From contig CAVYNH010000006.1 in assembly GCA_963769885.1 (NCBI GenBank), positions 409,791-433,790 of the forward strand: DNA of 24,000 nt, in the 5' to 3' direction. Source of the stretch: Methanobacteriota archaeon. Its GTDB lineage: Archaea; Thermoplasmatota; E2; DHVEG-1. Made by a program: the position numbers and the translations under genes. The notes under the pieces were generated by a model. That model had not been told where the DNA came from. It saw only the letters and a list, made by a program, of their open reading frames with translations, and searched no databases. This document shows positions 1-8,699 of the stretch, piece by piece (position 1 is the stretch's first letter; each line of letters starts with the position of its first letter).

Positions 1-956
1 ATTTTTTGGATAGAGGCGCTACGGGCTTTGATGGAGACGATGCCGGCGTAGAGGCCGTCTTGGATGGAAGGGTCCGGGATGGTGATGGGTTTGAGGATGG
101 TGTGGTGGGCGTCGACCGTGATTCGTTTTGTGGTGGTGGGGCTGTAGTAGTAGGTGTAGATGTTGTCTGAGGCGATTTCTCCTTGCGGGCTGGTGCAGGT
201 GAGGCGGACGCGCGCCATGAGGGTGCCGGTGACGAGGATGGTTTTTTTGATGTCGGTGGCGAAGGCGGTGCCGATGTAGTCCGGGGTTCCTGGGACGCCG
301 TAGCGGAGGTCGAAGTCGGCGAGTTGGTCGAGGTTGTAGGTTTCGACGGCGGTGGAGTTGGGTTTGAATTTGATGGCGGCCAGCGCGATGGGGTTGCCGA
401 GGAGCTGGCCTTTTTGGACAACGGTGTAGACGACGTAGCCGTCTTGGCGGATGCCGTAGTAGTCGAAGTCGATGGTCTGGCCTGGGATGGGTTCGTAGAA
501 GTAGTGGGTGTCTTCGACGGTGATGTGGGTGGGGTAGTCGGCGGGGGGTGTTTCGGTGGGGTTGTAGAGGACGTAGAATTTGGTGTTGCTGGTGGTGGGT
601 TCTGGGATGAGGAAGACGAGGCTGCAGGCGCTGACGTGGGTGTCGTCGGTGTGTTGGAGGTCGTAGGCCTGAGAGTCGATTTCTTGGGGTCCGGTGCCGT
701 CGTCGGCGGCGACGCGGATGGAGGTGTGGGTGTCGTTGATGGCCCAGCAGGGGTTGGTGAAGGTGACGCGGATGTCGATGGGCTGGTCGGCGGCGGTGGC
801 GTTGCCGGTGTCGATGGGGAGGGTGAGGAGCTGTTTGTACTGGAGGGTTTCAATGGCGGTGTGCGGTGAGGGTGGCTGTGCGGTAAGTGTACTTGTCGTA
901 AGGAGAAGGAGCGTAAAGGCTATCCAGAGCCGTCCTCGCGGTGATGCTGACGCCAT
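1..956 (-). CDS. Secreted protein of unknown function, N-terminal 318 codons (3' end lies beyond the window start)
   Basis: Absent from the supplied ORF track because it runs off the window edge. ATG at 956-954 is preceded by GAGGTG, and the frame stays open to position 1. The product starts MASASPRGRLWIAFTLLLLTTSTLTAQPPSP, which looks like a signal peptide. Codon usage is NNC-rich like neighbouring genes. The + strand ORF 183..869 is its Gly/Val-rich antisense shadow. Confidence 0.65.
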   Translation of the reverse strand, partial: MASASPRGRLWIAFTLLLLTTSTLTAQPPSPHTAIETLQYKQLLTLPIDTGNATAADQPIDIRVTFTNPCWAINDTHTSIRVAADDGTGPQEIDSQAYDLQHTDDTHVSACSLVFLIPEPTTSNTKFYVLYNPTETPPADYPTHITVEDTHYFYEPIPGQTIDFDYYGIRQDGYVVYTVVQKGQLLGNPIALAAIKFKPNSTAVETYNLDQLADFDLRYGVPGTPDYIGTAFATDIKKTILVTGTLMARVRLTCTSPQGEIASDNIYTYYYSPTTTKRITVDAHHTILKPITIPDPSIQDGLYAGIVSIKARSASIQK

Positions 957-980
957 GTCCACCTCTAAAAGTATTATTGC

Positions 981-995
981 TATATTTATATAATT
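981..995 (-). promoter_or_regulatory. TATA-like box upstream of the 1..956 gene
   Basis: On the minus strand this reads AATTATATAAATATA, about 25-40 nt upstream of the ATG at 956, in an AT-rich divergent intergenic region. Confidence 0.35.
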
Positions 996-1183
996 ATTCT
1001 CCTTTTTATCTAGTCCTCCCTTGGTTTTTTTTGCCCGCTCATCAAGAATGGGTGGAGCCAGGCATGCTTTCATTTTATGGACGCTCGAGCGGCTCCTGGT
1101 GCAAACGCCCCCGGCTCCACCAAGCCTGAGGATTAAAATACCTCGGACCCCTTCTTTCCCCAGACCGAGATAAAGGACCAGTC

Positions 1184-2146
1184 ATGCCCCAGAAAGACCC
1201 TGACCACCCCTACCTCAACGACCTCGACACCGTCGGCTTCACCCCGATTTTCATCCTCGGCCTGCACCGCAGCGGCACCAGCATCCTCTACAAGACCCTC
1301 ACCGCCACCGACCGCTTCAACCCCATCACCGCATACCACCTCATCCGCTACCACGAACTCCTCACCCATTTTCACACCCACACCACAGACCAGGCGAAGA
1401 CCGACCTCACCGCCCTCCTCCACGCCAAAGGACAGACCGACCGCGGCATCGACCGCCTCCAACTCACCGCCGACTTCCCCGAAGAATACGGTTTCCTCCT
1501 CGGCCACCAGACCATCCGTATGAACCTCACCCCCCGCACCCTCCTCCTCTTCACCACCCTCTGCAAGAAAATCCAGTACACCGCCCAGAACACCCGCCCC
1601 CTCCTCCTCAAAAACCCGTACGACTTCCCCAACTTCCGCTACCTCAAAGCCGCCTTCCCCACCGCCCGCTTCGTCTTCATCCACCGCCACCCCCTCAAGA
1701 CCCTCAGCTCCACCCTCAACGCCTGGCAGCACCTCGTCCGCACCAAAAACCCGTACACCGAACAACTCGCCCGACACTACCAACAATCCAGCGACAACCC
1801 ACTCCTCCACCTCCCGCTACGCACCGTCTTCCTTGACGCACCCGAGCTCGGCGCCGTCGCCCTCACCGCCACCGCCGCGAAGGCGACCCGCTACTACCTC
1901 ACCAACATCGCCAAACTCCCCGCACGCGACTACGTCTCCATCACCTACGAACAGCTCTGCAGCCGCCCACAGCAGACCCTCGACAAGATCCTCACCGCCC
2001 TCGGCGAGCCGCCGACCGACCTCGACGCCTCAACGCTCATCAGCCCCCGCGACGTCCCCATCGACCCCACCATCCAGAAGCTTGCCCCGTACATCAAGCG
2101 GGTCATGCGGCCGTACTGCGACGCCTTCGGCTACACCATCCCCTAA
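1184..2146 (+). CDS. Sulfotransferase family protein (PAPS-dependent type)
   Basis: 320 aa. LGLHRSGTSILYKTL matches the 5'-phosphosulfate-binding loop (xRSGTT/S). FIHRHPLKTLSS resembles the 3'-phosphate-binding RxxxxxxS element. No TM segments. Strongly C-rich NNC codon usage. Confidence 0.7.
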   Translation: MPQKDPDHPYLNDLDTVGFTPIFILGLHRSGTSILYKTLTATDRFNPITAYHLIRYHELLTHFHTHTTDQAKTDLTALLHAKGQTDRGIDRLQLTADFPEEYGFLLGHQTIRMNLTPRTLLLFTTLCKKIQYTAQNTRPLLLKNPYDFPNFRYLKAAFPTARFVFIHRHPLKTLSSTLNAWQHLVRTKNPYTEQLARHYQQSSDNPLLHLPLRTVFLDAPELGAVALTATAAKATRYYLTNIAKLPARDYVSITYEQLCSRPQQTLDKILTALGEPPTDLDASTLISPRDVPIDPTIQKLAPYIKRVMRPYCDAFGYTIP

Positions 2147-3297
2147 CTCGCCTTGAGGTCCGCCAGGTCTTTTTTCCGATACGTCTTCCCGCACCAGCGG
2201 ATCTCCCGCTTGACGCTGGAGACCACCGCGTTGTAGGCATACAAGAGGAACGCGATCGGCGCCAGCAGCCCGTACCAGATCCTGTACCTGAATTTCTCCG
2301 CTGGGTATCGCATCAGCCGCTGGAACGTCAGCAGCCCGATCCAGCCGTAGATTATCTCTAGGCCGATGGTCGCAAGGAAAAAGATGCCGAACACCGTGTC
2401 CCCCAATACGAACAGGACGGCATCCATGGCCAGGACCGCGGTCACAAACAACACGCCTAGGTAATAGATGATCCAGGCGGGGAGGCTGTACCAGCGGATC
2501 CAGGTGAGCTGCTGGCTGCCCCACTGGATGAAATTCCGAATGCTCGGCTCCGCTGGGCTTTCCGCCACGCACTGGGGGACGAACCGGATTTTGTATTTTG
2601 CCTTCTTCATCGCGTGCGTCAGGATGAGATCGTCGGAGAGGCCCTGCCGCCAGCGCGTGGCGATCCCCAGCTCCTGGAACAGAGATTTTCGCACGGCCGT
2701 GGATCCCCCCCAAGCGAAGGTCGTGATCTGATAGAACATGGCGCTGACCGTGGAGAGGCTCCAGGTGGAGATTAACGCGGATTTCAGGTTCGTCGCAAAG
2801 AACCAGCGGTAACCCGTGGAGGCACCGACCTTCGCATCGGTCAGCGGAGCGACGAGGTCGGTGAGCCAGTCTGGATGCGGCCGGATGTCAGAGTCGGCGA
2901 AGACGAGAATTTCGGCATCCGCACTGCGATCGATGCCCGTGAGTAGCGCCGAGATTTTCCCGCTCGTCCCGGGGACCGGCACGGCGTACTCCAGGCGGGT
3001 ATGCGCGAGGCCCTGGATGACCTCGCTGACAACCGGGAACGCGGGGTCCTGCGGGGAATCCAAGACGAACAGGAGGCGATAGGCAGGGTACTTCTGACGG
3101 CAGAGCGCCTGAAGATTCTCCCGAAGACCTTCGCCTTTCCCTTTGCAGGGGACAATGACGCAGACCGACGGCGTCGTAGTCGGTCTCTCCTCCCTGCGTG
3201 TCTGGAAGTACCCGATGATGAAGAGGAACGGCAGCGCCCCGATGCCGATGATCACGAGGCTCGCCAGGGAGAGCAGGAAGACGGTGACCGGCTCCAT
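2143..3297 (-). CDS. Membrane glycosyltransferase family 2 (ceramide-glucosyltransferase-like / Glyco_transf_21-like)
   Basis: 384 aa. Has an N-terminal TM helix, VIVPCKG...FVLDS, FADSD (DxD), WGGSTAVRK, LSDDL, a QQLTWIRW (QxxRW-like) motif and several C-terminal TM helices. Its stop overlaps the sulfotransferase stop in a shared CTAA. Confidence 0.75.
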   Translation of the reverse strand: MEPVTVFLLSLASLVIIGIGALPFLFIIGYFQTRREERPTTTPSVCVIVPCKGKGEGLRENLQALCRQKYPAYRLLFVLDSPQDPAFPVVSEVIQGLAHTRLEYAVPVPGTSGKISALLTGIDRSADAEILVFADSDIRPHPDWLTDLVAPLTDAKVGASTGYRWFFATNLKSALISTWSLSTVSAMFYQITTFAWGGSTAVRKSLFQELGIATRWRQGLSDDLILTHAMKKAKYKIRFVPQCVAESPAEPSIRNFIQWGSQQLTWIRWYSLPAWIIYYLGVLFVTAVLAMDAVLFVLGDTVFGIFFLATIGLEIIYGWIGLLTFQRLMRYPAEKFRYRIWYGLLAPIAFLLYAYNAVVSSVKREIRWCGKTYRKKDLADLKAS

Positions 3298-3406
3298 AGA
3301 GGTCTAGATGAAGGAAACGCCGACAACCCTTAAAAGATGTTCTCATCACAAAACCCAGGAAAAGAAATAATTCAGATTCCCTCACCGTCTCCCCCCAGTC
3401 CAATCC

Positions 3407-3413
3407 TTATATA
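3407..3413 (+). promoter_or_regulatory. TATA box (TTATATA) for the SPOUT methyltransferase gene; implies a leaderless or short-leader mRNA
   Basis: CCTTATATAC lies only 6-12 nt upstream of the ATG at 3419 and about 30 nt upstream of the ATG at 3440. That spacing favours 3440 (MSTLLAVEH...) as the real start on a near-leaderless transcript. Confidence 0.45.
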
Positions 3414-3418
3414 CCCAG

Positions 3419-4036
3419 ATGCCGTACACGCCTCCCATCATGAGCACCCTCCTGGCCGTCGAGCATTGCGAACGCGGCCTCTCCGACTGGCTCTTCCTAG
3501 AATACCGGCACGCAGCCACGATCTGGGAACCCGACGTTCTCTTCACCAACGTCAGCAGCAAGACAGCCACAACGAAGCTCCTCACCATCGGCCACGTGAC
3601 ACGCGAGCCCGTCAACACCCACCTCAAAGGCCGCCGCTGCATCATCCTCGACCCCAAAGCCACCACACCCCTGTCAACCCGGGACTTCACCAGGCTGCAT
3701 GCCATCGTCATCGGCGGGATCCTCGGCTACAAGAACCCGCGCGGCCGCACCAAGACCCTGATCAGCGACCACTCATCCTTCGAGACCCGCCACATCGGCC
3801 CCATCCAACTCACCATCGACGGCGCCGCCCTCGTCGCCAAGGCCGTCGCCCTCGGCCTGCGCATCAAAGACATCGAGATCGCCTACGAAGTCGAAATCAC
3901 CCACGACGCCGTCCACTCCACCATCCTGCCCTTCGGCTACCCGATCCTGGAGGGAAAACCCATCATCACCCCTGGCCTCATCGAGTACCTGATGAGGAAA
4001 GACGAACAAAAAAACAAAGAAAAGAAGTCGACTTAA
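3419..4036 (+). CDS. SPOUT-class SAM-dependent methyltransferase, DUF431 (PF04252)-like
   Basis: LAVEHCE...WLFLEYRH, CIILDPKA and the AIVIGGILGYKNPRGRT motif are collinear with the DUF431 predicted RNA methyltransferase family (GGILGD..PRxRT). The start is more likely ATG 3440 than 3419 (see TATA box). ORF 3337..4281 in another frame is a composition artefact. Confidence 0.7.
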   Translation: MPYTPPIMSTLLAVEHCERGLSDWLFLEYRHAATIWEPDVLFTNVSSKTATTKLLTIGHVTREPVNTHLKGRRCIILDPKATTPLSTRDFTRLHAIVIGGILGYKNPRGRTKTLISDHSSFETRHIGPIQLTIDGAALVAKAVALGLRIKDIEIAYEVEITHDAVHSTILPFGYPILEGKPIITPGLIEYLMRKDEQKNKEKKST

Positions 4037-4287
4037 TTCTCCTTGACCGCAAGGTTCGTCGCGACCGGACCGCGCTTCGACTCCGAAACGCAGTACGTCA
4101 CGCGATCCCCCTTCTCAAGAAAAATCGTCCAAAACGGCAGCACGGATTTATGGACGAACACCCGCTGACCATCCTCACCGCGGATGAACCCAAAACCCTT
4201 CCGCACATCATAAAACGACACAATACCTTGAATACTCTCTTTCAAACACTCACTTTCTTCATTGAATTTTCTTTTCTGTGACATCAT
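4033..4287 (-). CDS. Cold-shock domain (CSD) nucleic-acid-binding protein
   Basis: RNP1 KGFGFI and RNP2 VFVH motifs in an OB-fold-sized protein. The ATG start gives 84 aa with an unusual 14-aa N-terminal extension. An in-frame TTG at 4245 would give a canonical 70-aa CSP (MKESIQGIVSFYDVRKGFGFI). GTTTAAAG lies just upstream of the ATG on the minus strand. Confidence 0.75.
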   Translation of the reverse strand: MMSQKRKFNEESECLKESIQGIVSFYDVRKGFGFIRGEDGQRVFVHKSVLPFWTIFLEKGDRVTYCVSESKRGPVATNLAVKEN

Positions 4288-4442
4288 AAGAAATCACTTT
4301 AAACTGGAAAACGGAACATCAGGACTCGTTGTTCACCAAAAGGCTTGGCGACAAAACGCCGACTCTGTTTTCAACGGTTTGACCACCCCATACCATAAAC
4401 GTCTTTAAATACTTTTCTCACCGTACCCACCGACCAACCACA

Positions 4443-4919
4443 ATGCCACCCGCCACCACCGGCACCATCAGAAGAGCCACCCCTGCGGACCTCCCCGCCA
4501 TCATCGCACTCGAACAAGCCTGCTTCCCCGGCCCCCTCGCCTACTCACGTAGACAACTCCGTTACCTCCTCACCCACGCCCACAGCACCGTCCTCGTCGA
4601 AACCACAGACACCACGCTGCGCGGCTTCGTCATCATCCTCTACCGCCACGGATCAAAAACCGCCGGCATCGAAACCATCAACGTCGACCCCGCCCACCAA
4701 CGCCGCGGCATCGCCCGCCAGCTCCTCACCGCCGCCGAGACCGAGATGCACGCCCACGGCGTCCGTCGCATCCGCCTCGAAGTCTCCACACAAAACGCCC
4801 CCGCCCTCGCCCTCTACTACCAGGCAGGCTACCGAAAGACCGAGCTCCTCCCCAACTACTACATCTTCTCCCATCACGGTTCGCGCGACGCCTTCCGCAT
4901 GGTCAAAGACCTCACCTGA
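4443..4919 (+). CDS. rimI: GNAT family N-acetyltransferase, RimI-like
   Basis: 158 aa. Acetyl-CoA motif A is VDPAHQRRGIARQLL. LEVSTQNAPALALYYQAGY and a C-terminal YY....RDAFRM are typical of RimI/Ard1-type enzymes. A TTTAAATA box lies about 33 nt upstream. Confidence 0.75.
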   Translation: MPPATTGTIRRATPADLPAIIALEQACFPGPLAYSRRQLRYLLTHAHSTVLVETTDTTLRGFVIILYRHGSKTAGIETINVDPAHQRRGIARQLLTAAETEMHAHGVRRIRLEVSTQNAPALALYYQAGYRKTELLPNYYIFSHHGSRDAFRMVKDLT

Positions 4920-6331
4920 TTCGAAGACACCCACTCCTCGTTCTGCAGCACACAATACCCCCTCGTGTGTGCCTCCATAATCGACAGCAGCCCCTCACGG
5001 AACTGCTCCGGCACATACGACATGCTGCATGTCGGCCCTTCATGAATCCGCTCCACATGGTCCAAGCTGTGGACTTCCGTACCACCGCCACCCTGCATCA
5101 GGAAAAACGACTGCTCCTTCTCATCCTGATCCAGCTTCAGGTTCGCTGACTTCACCCGCATAGGGAACAATTCAATGGCCTCATCCGTATAATTGATGAG
5201 CCGCGGGTCAGTCTTATTGGCTGAGAGGAACAACAGAACCCCCATGCACTTCGAACACGTACCACACGGCATGACCTTCTCCCCTTCGATGTGGCACGAG
5301 TGGCATGACCGCTGGTTCTTCGCCAGCTCCGGGTACCGCGAAAACAAGATCCGCTCGACAACCAACCCAGTCACGGACCGCAGCGCGGACCACTGGACCA
5401 GCCCCGACATCCGCCGGTTATACCACAGGTTCATCCGCTGGTCGAACGCGACATCCTGATCATAGACGCCGTAATAGTCAACAAGCCCCTTGAATGACGG
5501 CGTTATCCGTAAATCGTCGAACTCGCTGCCGAGGAGGAGATTGCCGATCCGGCGCTCAGAGAATAGAGGCATCAAAGAGAAGACATAGTATGGAAAGATG
5601 CACATGCGAATGGGATAGACATCCGCCCGGATCTGCCGATGATCCTTCCTGATGAACGGCAGATGGTCAAGCATGAAAAGGTAGAATCGGTCCACGTTCG
5701 TCCACACCCGATTGGTGTTCGGCTCGGTCTGCTGATGGTACCGATAGGCAGTCATCGCGGTGCGCCAATGTCCGCCGCTCTCATTGACGTAGAGCGGGTG
5801 GACGTCCATGCCCATTTCCTTGAGCATCCCGTAGGTCGTGAGGCTCTCTTTACCGCCGCTGGATAAGATTCCGCAGCGCTTGTTATTAAAATTTTGTTGC
5901 AGAGGGGCATCCATGCTGATGCTCGCAGGGATGAACTGGGACTTTGGTTGCGCCGCCGCAGCGGTGGCCTCCTCCTCAGGAACTTGGTAGCCAGGAAGCA
6001 GGTAGTCTGCCGTGGGTTTCACCAGCTCATGGATGTAGGTCTCGCTGCAGAAGACCGTGTTGAGGTCGTTGAGCAGACCGAGGTCTGCCGAGCTGACGGG
6101 GAATTGTAACGTGAACCGCTCGGTGAACAGGCCGTAGTTGAGCAACGGCATGCAGAAGGCGAGACGGAGCAGGGGGAGATGCTCAGGGGCAATCGGGTCC
6201 TGGTACTGCAGGATCAGATCGAAGGAAAATTTCTGTTTGTTTCTGGTCAGCAGGGTCACGGTCGTGGTCGCGGTGTTCTTGACGAGGTCTGGCTCTGAAA
6301 GGGAGATGTCTTTGAAGCAGACAAAGTCCAT
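4874..6331 (-). CDS. PP-loop (adenine nucleotide alpha-hydrolase) superfamily protein with C-terminal Cys cluster; function unknown
   Basis: 485 aa. An N-terminal domain of about 150 aa is unassigned. CGILSSGGKESL is a variant of the SGGxDS PP-loop. CHSCH-x9-CGTCSKC (CxxC-x9-CxxCxxC) resembles the QueC-type zinc site. Its ATG lies 2 nt after the upstream DUF1611 stop. Its 3' tail overlaps rimI by 46 nt, convergently. Confidence 0.6.
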   Translation of the reverse strand: MDFVCFKDISLSEPDLVKNTATTTVTLLTRNKQKFSFDLILQYQDPIAPEHLPLLRLAFCMPLLNYGLFTERFTLQFPVSSADLGLLNDLNTVFCSETYIHELVKPTADYLLPGYQVPEEEATAAAAQPKSQFIPASISMDAPLQQNFNNKRCGILSSGGKESLTTYGMLKEMGMDVHPLYVNESGGHWRTAMTAYRYHQQTEPNTNRVWTNVDRFYLFMLDHLPFIRKDHRQIRADVYPIRMCIFPYYVFSLMPLFSERRIGNLLLGSEFDDLRITPSFKGLVDYYGVYDQDVAFDQRMNLWYNRRMSGLVQWSALRSVTGLVVERILFSRYPELAKNQRSCHSCHIEGEKVMPCGTCSKCMGVLLFLSANKTDPRLINYTDEAIELFPMRVKSANLKLDQDEKEQSFFLMQGGGGTEVHSLDHVERIHEGPTCSMSYVPEQFREGLLSIMEAHTRGYCVLQNEEWVSSNQVRSLTMRKASREP

Positions 6332-6333
6332 AG

Positions 6334-7407
6334 TTAGGTCACCTTCATGGTTAAGGTTTCGAGGGCGTCGACGATGCTATCTGCCTGGTCGCGGAGCGGG
6401 TCTATGACGGGGACGTGGAATCGTTCATGGTAATGGGTTTTGTGGGTGTTCATCTCAGCTGGGGTGAGGTGTTCGTGGCTGAGGCCGATGCCGAGGAGGG
6501 GTTTTTCGGTGATGAGCTCGGCGATGGAGACGACGCGTTGGGGGTCGGGCATAGGGTAGTCGGGGAAGCCGTCGAGGTGGGGGCGGCCCGGGGCGTCCAT
6601 GAGAAAGAAGCCGTGGACGCGGCCGGCGGTGAGGATTTCGAAGCCGCCGGGGAAGAAGGGGTGGACGAGGCTGCCTTGTCCTTCGATGATGATGTATTGG
6701 GGGTGGTCGTCGTTCCAGGAGTCGAGAATGGCGCCTTCGATGCCGCCGCTGATGAAGTCGTTGATGAGGGCGTCGAGGACGACGCCGTGGGGCCAGCCTT
6801 GCATCCAGCCGGTCTGTCCGGTGAAGATCATGTCGGCGGTGTAGCCATGGTTGCGGAGTTCGTTGACGAGGATAACGGCCATGGTGCGTTTGCCGATGGC
6901 GGAGTCGGTGCCGAGGAGGGCGATGCGAGTGGCCGGGATTTTGGTGATTTCTCCGGTGTAGAAGCGTTTGTGGTCGCGGTAGATTTTGCGGATGTCTGTG
7001 ATGGTGCAGTGGTGTCGTTTGGCGAGGCTGACGCAGTGGGGTTTGTCGGAGATGAATTCGTGGAGGCCGGAGACGATGTTGAGTCCGTGGGTGAGGGCGG
7101 TTTCGACGGCGTGTTCGTAGCCGGTGGGGAGGATGCCGCCTTCGGAGACGGCGCCGATGATGAAGGTGTCTGAGTTGGTCTGGTCGATGGCGGTTTGTAG
7201 TGAGGGGATGAGGGGGATACCGTTGGGTGTGCCGTCGAGGAGTTGCCCGGCGTCGCCGGGTGGGAGGGTGGTGTCGACGACGGCGGTGATGTCGTAGCGG
7301 CGGCAGTAGCGGATGAGGCCGTGGGCGGTTTTGCCGTCGGTGGTGGTGTAGAGCCGGTCTGCGTACACGATGGCGCGTGGTCGGTCCATGTGGTGGTTGC
7401 TCCCCAT
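6334..7407 (-). CDS. DUF1611 family P-loop protein (DgcN-like)
   Basis: 357 aa with a two-domain layout. ALLGTDSAIGKRTMAVIL matches the GTDxxxGK(R/M)T P-loop characteristic of DUF1611. An N-terminal Rossmann-like region is present. It sits 37 nt downstream of the PLP enzyme gene. Confidence 0.65.
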   Translation of the reverse strand: MGSNHHMDRPRAIVYADRLYTTTDGKTAHGLIRYCRRYDITAVVDTTLPPGDAGQLLDGTPNGIPLIPSLQTAIDQTNSDTFIIGAVSEGGILPTGYEHAVETALTHGLNIVSGLHEFISDKPHCVSLAKRHHCTITDIRKIYRDHKRFYTGEITKIPATRIALLGTDSAIGKRTMAVILVNELRNHGYTADMIFTGQTGWMQGWPHGVVLDALINDFISGGIEGAILDSWNDDHPQYIIIEGQGSLVHPFFPGGFEILTAGRVHGFFLMDAPGRPHLDGFPDYPMPDPQRVVSIAELITEKPLLGIGLSHEHLTPAEMNTHKTHYHERFHVPVIDPLRDQADSIVDALETLTMKVT

Positions 7408-7444
7408 TTTTTTTGTTGGAAAAGTCCTCAGGCTTTTGTTTTTT

Positions 7445-8479
7445 TTAGCGGAATCGTCTGCCGGTGAGGACGATGACGTAGTCGGAGTTGAGGACGCGGT
7501 GTTGTTTGAATTTGATGAGGGCTTCGATGGGGCTGGTGGAGGCGGGGAGGACGCTGAGTCCTTCGATGTCGAGGAGGAGGCGGTGGAATTTGAGCATGGT
7601 GTTGTCGCTAGCGTAGTCTGCCCAGCCGTTGGTTTGGTAGATGGCGTTGAGGGCGTGGTCGCCGTCGTAGGAGTGGTAGCTGATGAGTGGTTCGTTGATG
7701 GTGGTTTCGTGGAGGTCGTCGGGGTTGAGGTCTTCGGTTTTCGAGGCTCCGGTTTTGAAGCCGCGGACGATGGGGTTGCCGCCAGGCGTGCTGGCGCCGA
7801 CGAGGTAGGGGAGGTGGTCGATCTTGCCTTGGTCGAGGAGTTGTTTGAAGCCGTGGTAGATGCCGACGAGGGTGGTGCCGTTGCCGACGGGGGTGGCGAC
7901 GGCGGTGGGGCAGCGGCCGAGTTGGTGGTAGATTTCGGTGGCGATGCTCATGTAGCCGCGCCAGCCTTCGTTGCCGTTGCCTGGGTTTGCGTCGTAGTAG
8001 TGTTCGGTTTTGGCGAGGTGTCGACTGGCTTCGACGGCGTCTTCGTATTTGTCGTAGTCGGTGAGGATTTCGGCGCCGAATGAGTTGAGGGTTTCGCGGC
8101 GGTGTGGTGCCATCGTGTATTTTTCGGGGATGAGGATTTTTGCTTTGAGTCCGACGAGGTTGGCGAAGTAGGCGAGGCTGACGCCGTAGTTGCCGCAGGT
8201 GCCGACGGTGACGGTGTCGTAGCCTTCGCGCAGTGCCTTGGTGACGTGGTATTGAGAAATACGGTCTTTTTGGGTTCCGGTTGGGTTGCTGCCTTCGAAT
8301 TTCAGGTAGATGTTGCCAAAACCCAAGAGAGACTCAAGGTTGCGTGCTTGAGTAAACAGTGTTCCCCCGACACCCTTGGCGGGTGGTGGCTCCTCGTCTT
8401 TTTGGAGGTCCGAGACATCCATTTTTAGTGAACTCCCTATGTCCTTTGCGGTCTTTGCTGCGTACCCTATATTGCTCAC
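7445..8479 (-). CDS. PLP-dependent enzyme, fold type II (tryptophan synthase beta superfamily), threonine-synthase-like
   Basis: FEGSNPTGTQKDR matches the PLP-lysine motif (ThrC NPTGSFKDR, CysK SxKDR). GTCGNYG and VGNGTTLVG (phosphate loop) are present. The track start at 8479 is a GTG. An ATG at 8418 (MDVSDLQ...) preceded by GGAG is an alternative start. Confidence 0.7.
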   Translation of the reverse strand: MSNIGYAAKTAKDIGSSLKMDVSDLQKDEEPPPAKGVGGTLFTQARNLESLLGFGNIYLKFEGSNPTGTQKDRISQYHVTKALREGYDTVTVGTCGNYGVSLAYFANLVGLKAKILIPEKYTMAPHRRETLNSFGAEILTDYDKYEDAVEASRHLAKTEHYYDANPGNGNEGWRGYMSIATEIYHQLGRCPTAVATPVGNGTTLVGIYHGFKQLLDQGKIDHLPYLVGASTPGGNPIVRGFKTGASKTEDLNPDDLHETTINEPLISYHSYDGDHALNAIYQTNGWADYASDNTMLKFHRLLLDIEGLSVLPASTSPIEALIKFKQHRVLNSDYVIVLTGRRFR

Positions 8480-8699
8480 CAGTTAAAAAAAGTTTGCAAC
8501 GATGAGGCGTGATTTTTTGTTTTTTTGTGTGCGGATGATCGCGTGGTGGGTGGTTACTTGTGCATGATTTTTTTTTGGTTGGAGTGGTCGCGGGCGGTGG
8601 TGTGTGGTGATGGGTTTCCCCCGAGGTTTTATATAGAGCCATGGTATTGCCAGGCAGTAGGGTACTCTACAAACGTCTAACGTTGGAGCGGCAATACGT

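Noticed and set aside
183-869. Gly/Val/Asp/Glu-rich + strand ORFs. Similar cases: 1133..1810(-), 6415..7173, 7370..8083, 14013..14774, 20046..20465, 20600..21028, 21749..22465 and 22408..23040.
   Set aside because: All are antisense shadows of convincing genes on the opposite strand. Their low-complexity G/V/D/E composition comes from reading the complement of NNC-rich codons.
1051-1121. A 9-bp GC-rich inverted repeat (GGTGGAGCC ... GGCTCCACC) with a 53-nt spacer, in the divergent intergenic region. It was considered as a structured RNA or operator.
   Set aside because: My rough estimate is that several 9-bp inverted repeats within 100 nt are expected by chance in 24 kb. No supporting inner helices, conserved loops or flanking promoter or terminator signals were seen.
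3337-4281. His/Pro/Arg-rich ORFs in alternative frames. Similar cases: 1833..2156, 9257..9931, 13909..14541, 16189..16836, 17588..17968, 18101..18821 and 22098..22556.
   Set aside because: They are same-strand or opposite-strand off-frame readings of C-rich genes, with low-complexity P/R/H/T/S products and no motifs. Each overlaps a gene with strong family signatures.
8490-8580. Three + strand oligo-T tracts (T6, T7, T9) upstream of the PLP operon, considered as an attenuator or riboswitch-like leader.
   Set aside because: On the operon's own (minus) strand these read as A-runs with no convincing alternative helices. They may simply terminate antisense (+ strand) transcription, and I could not support any specific regulatory structure.
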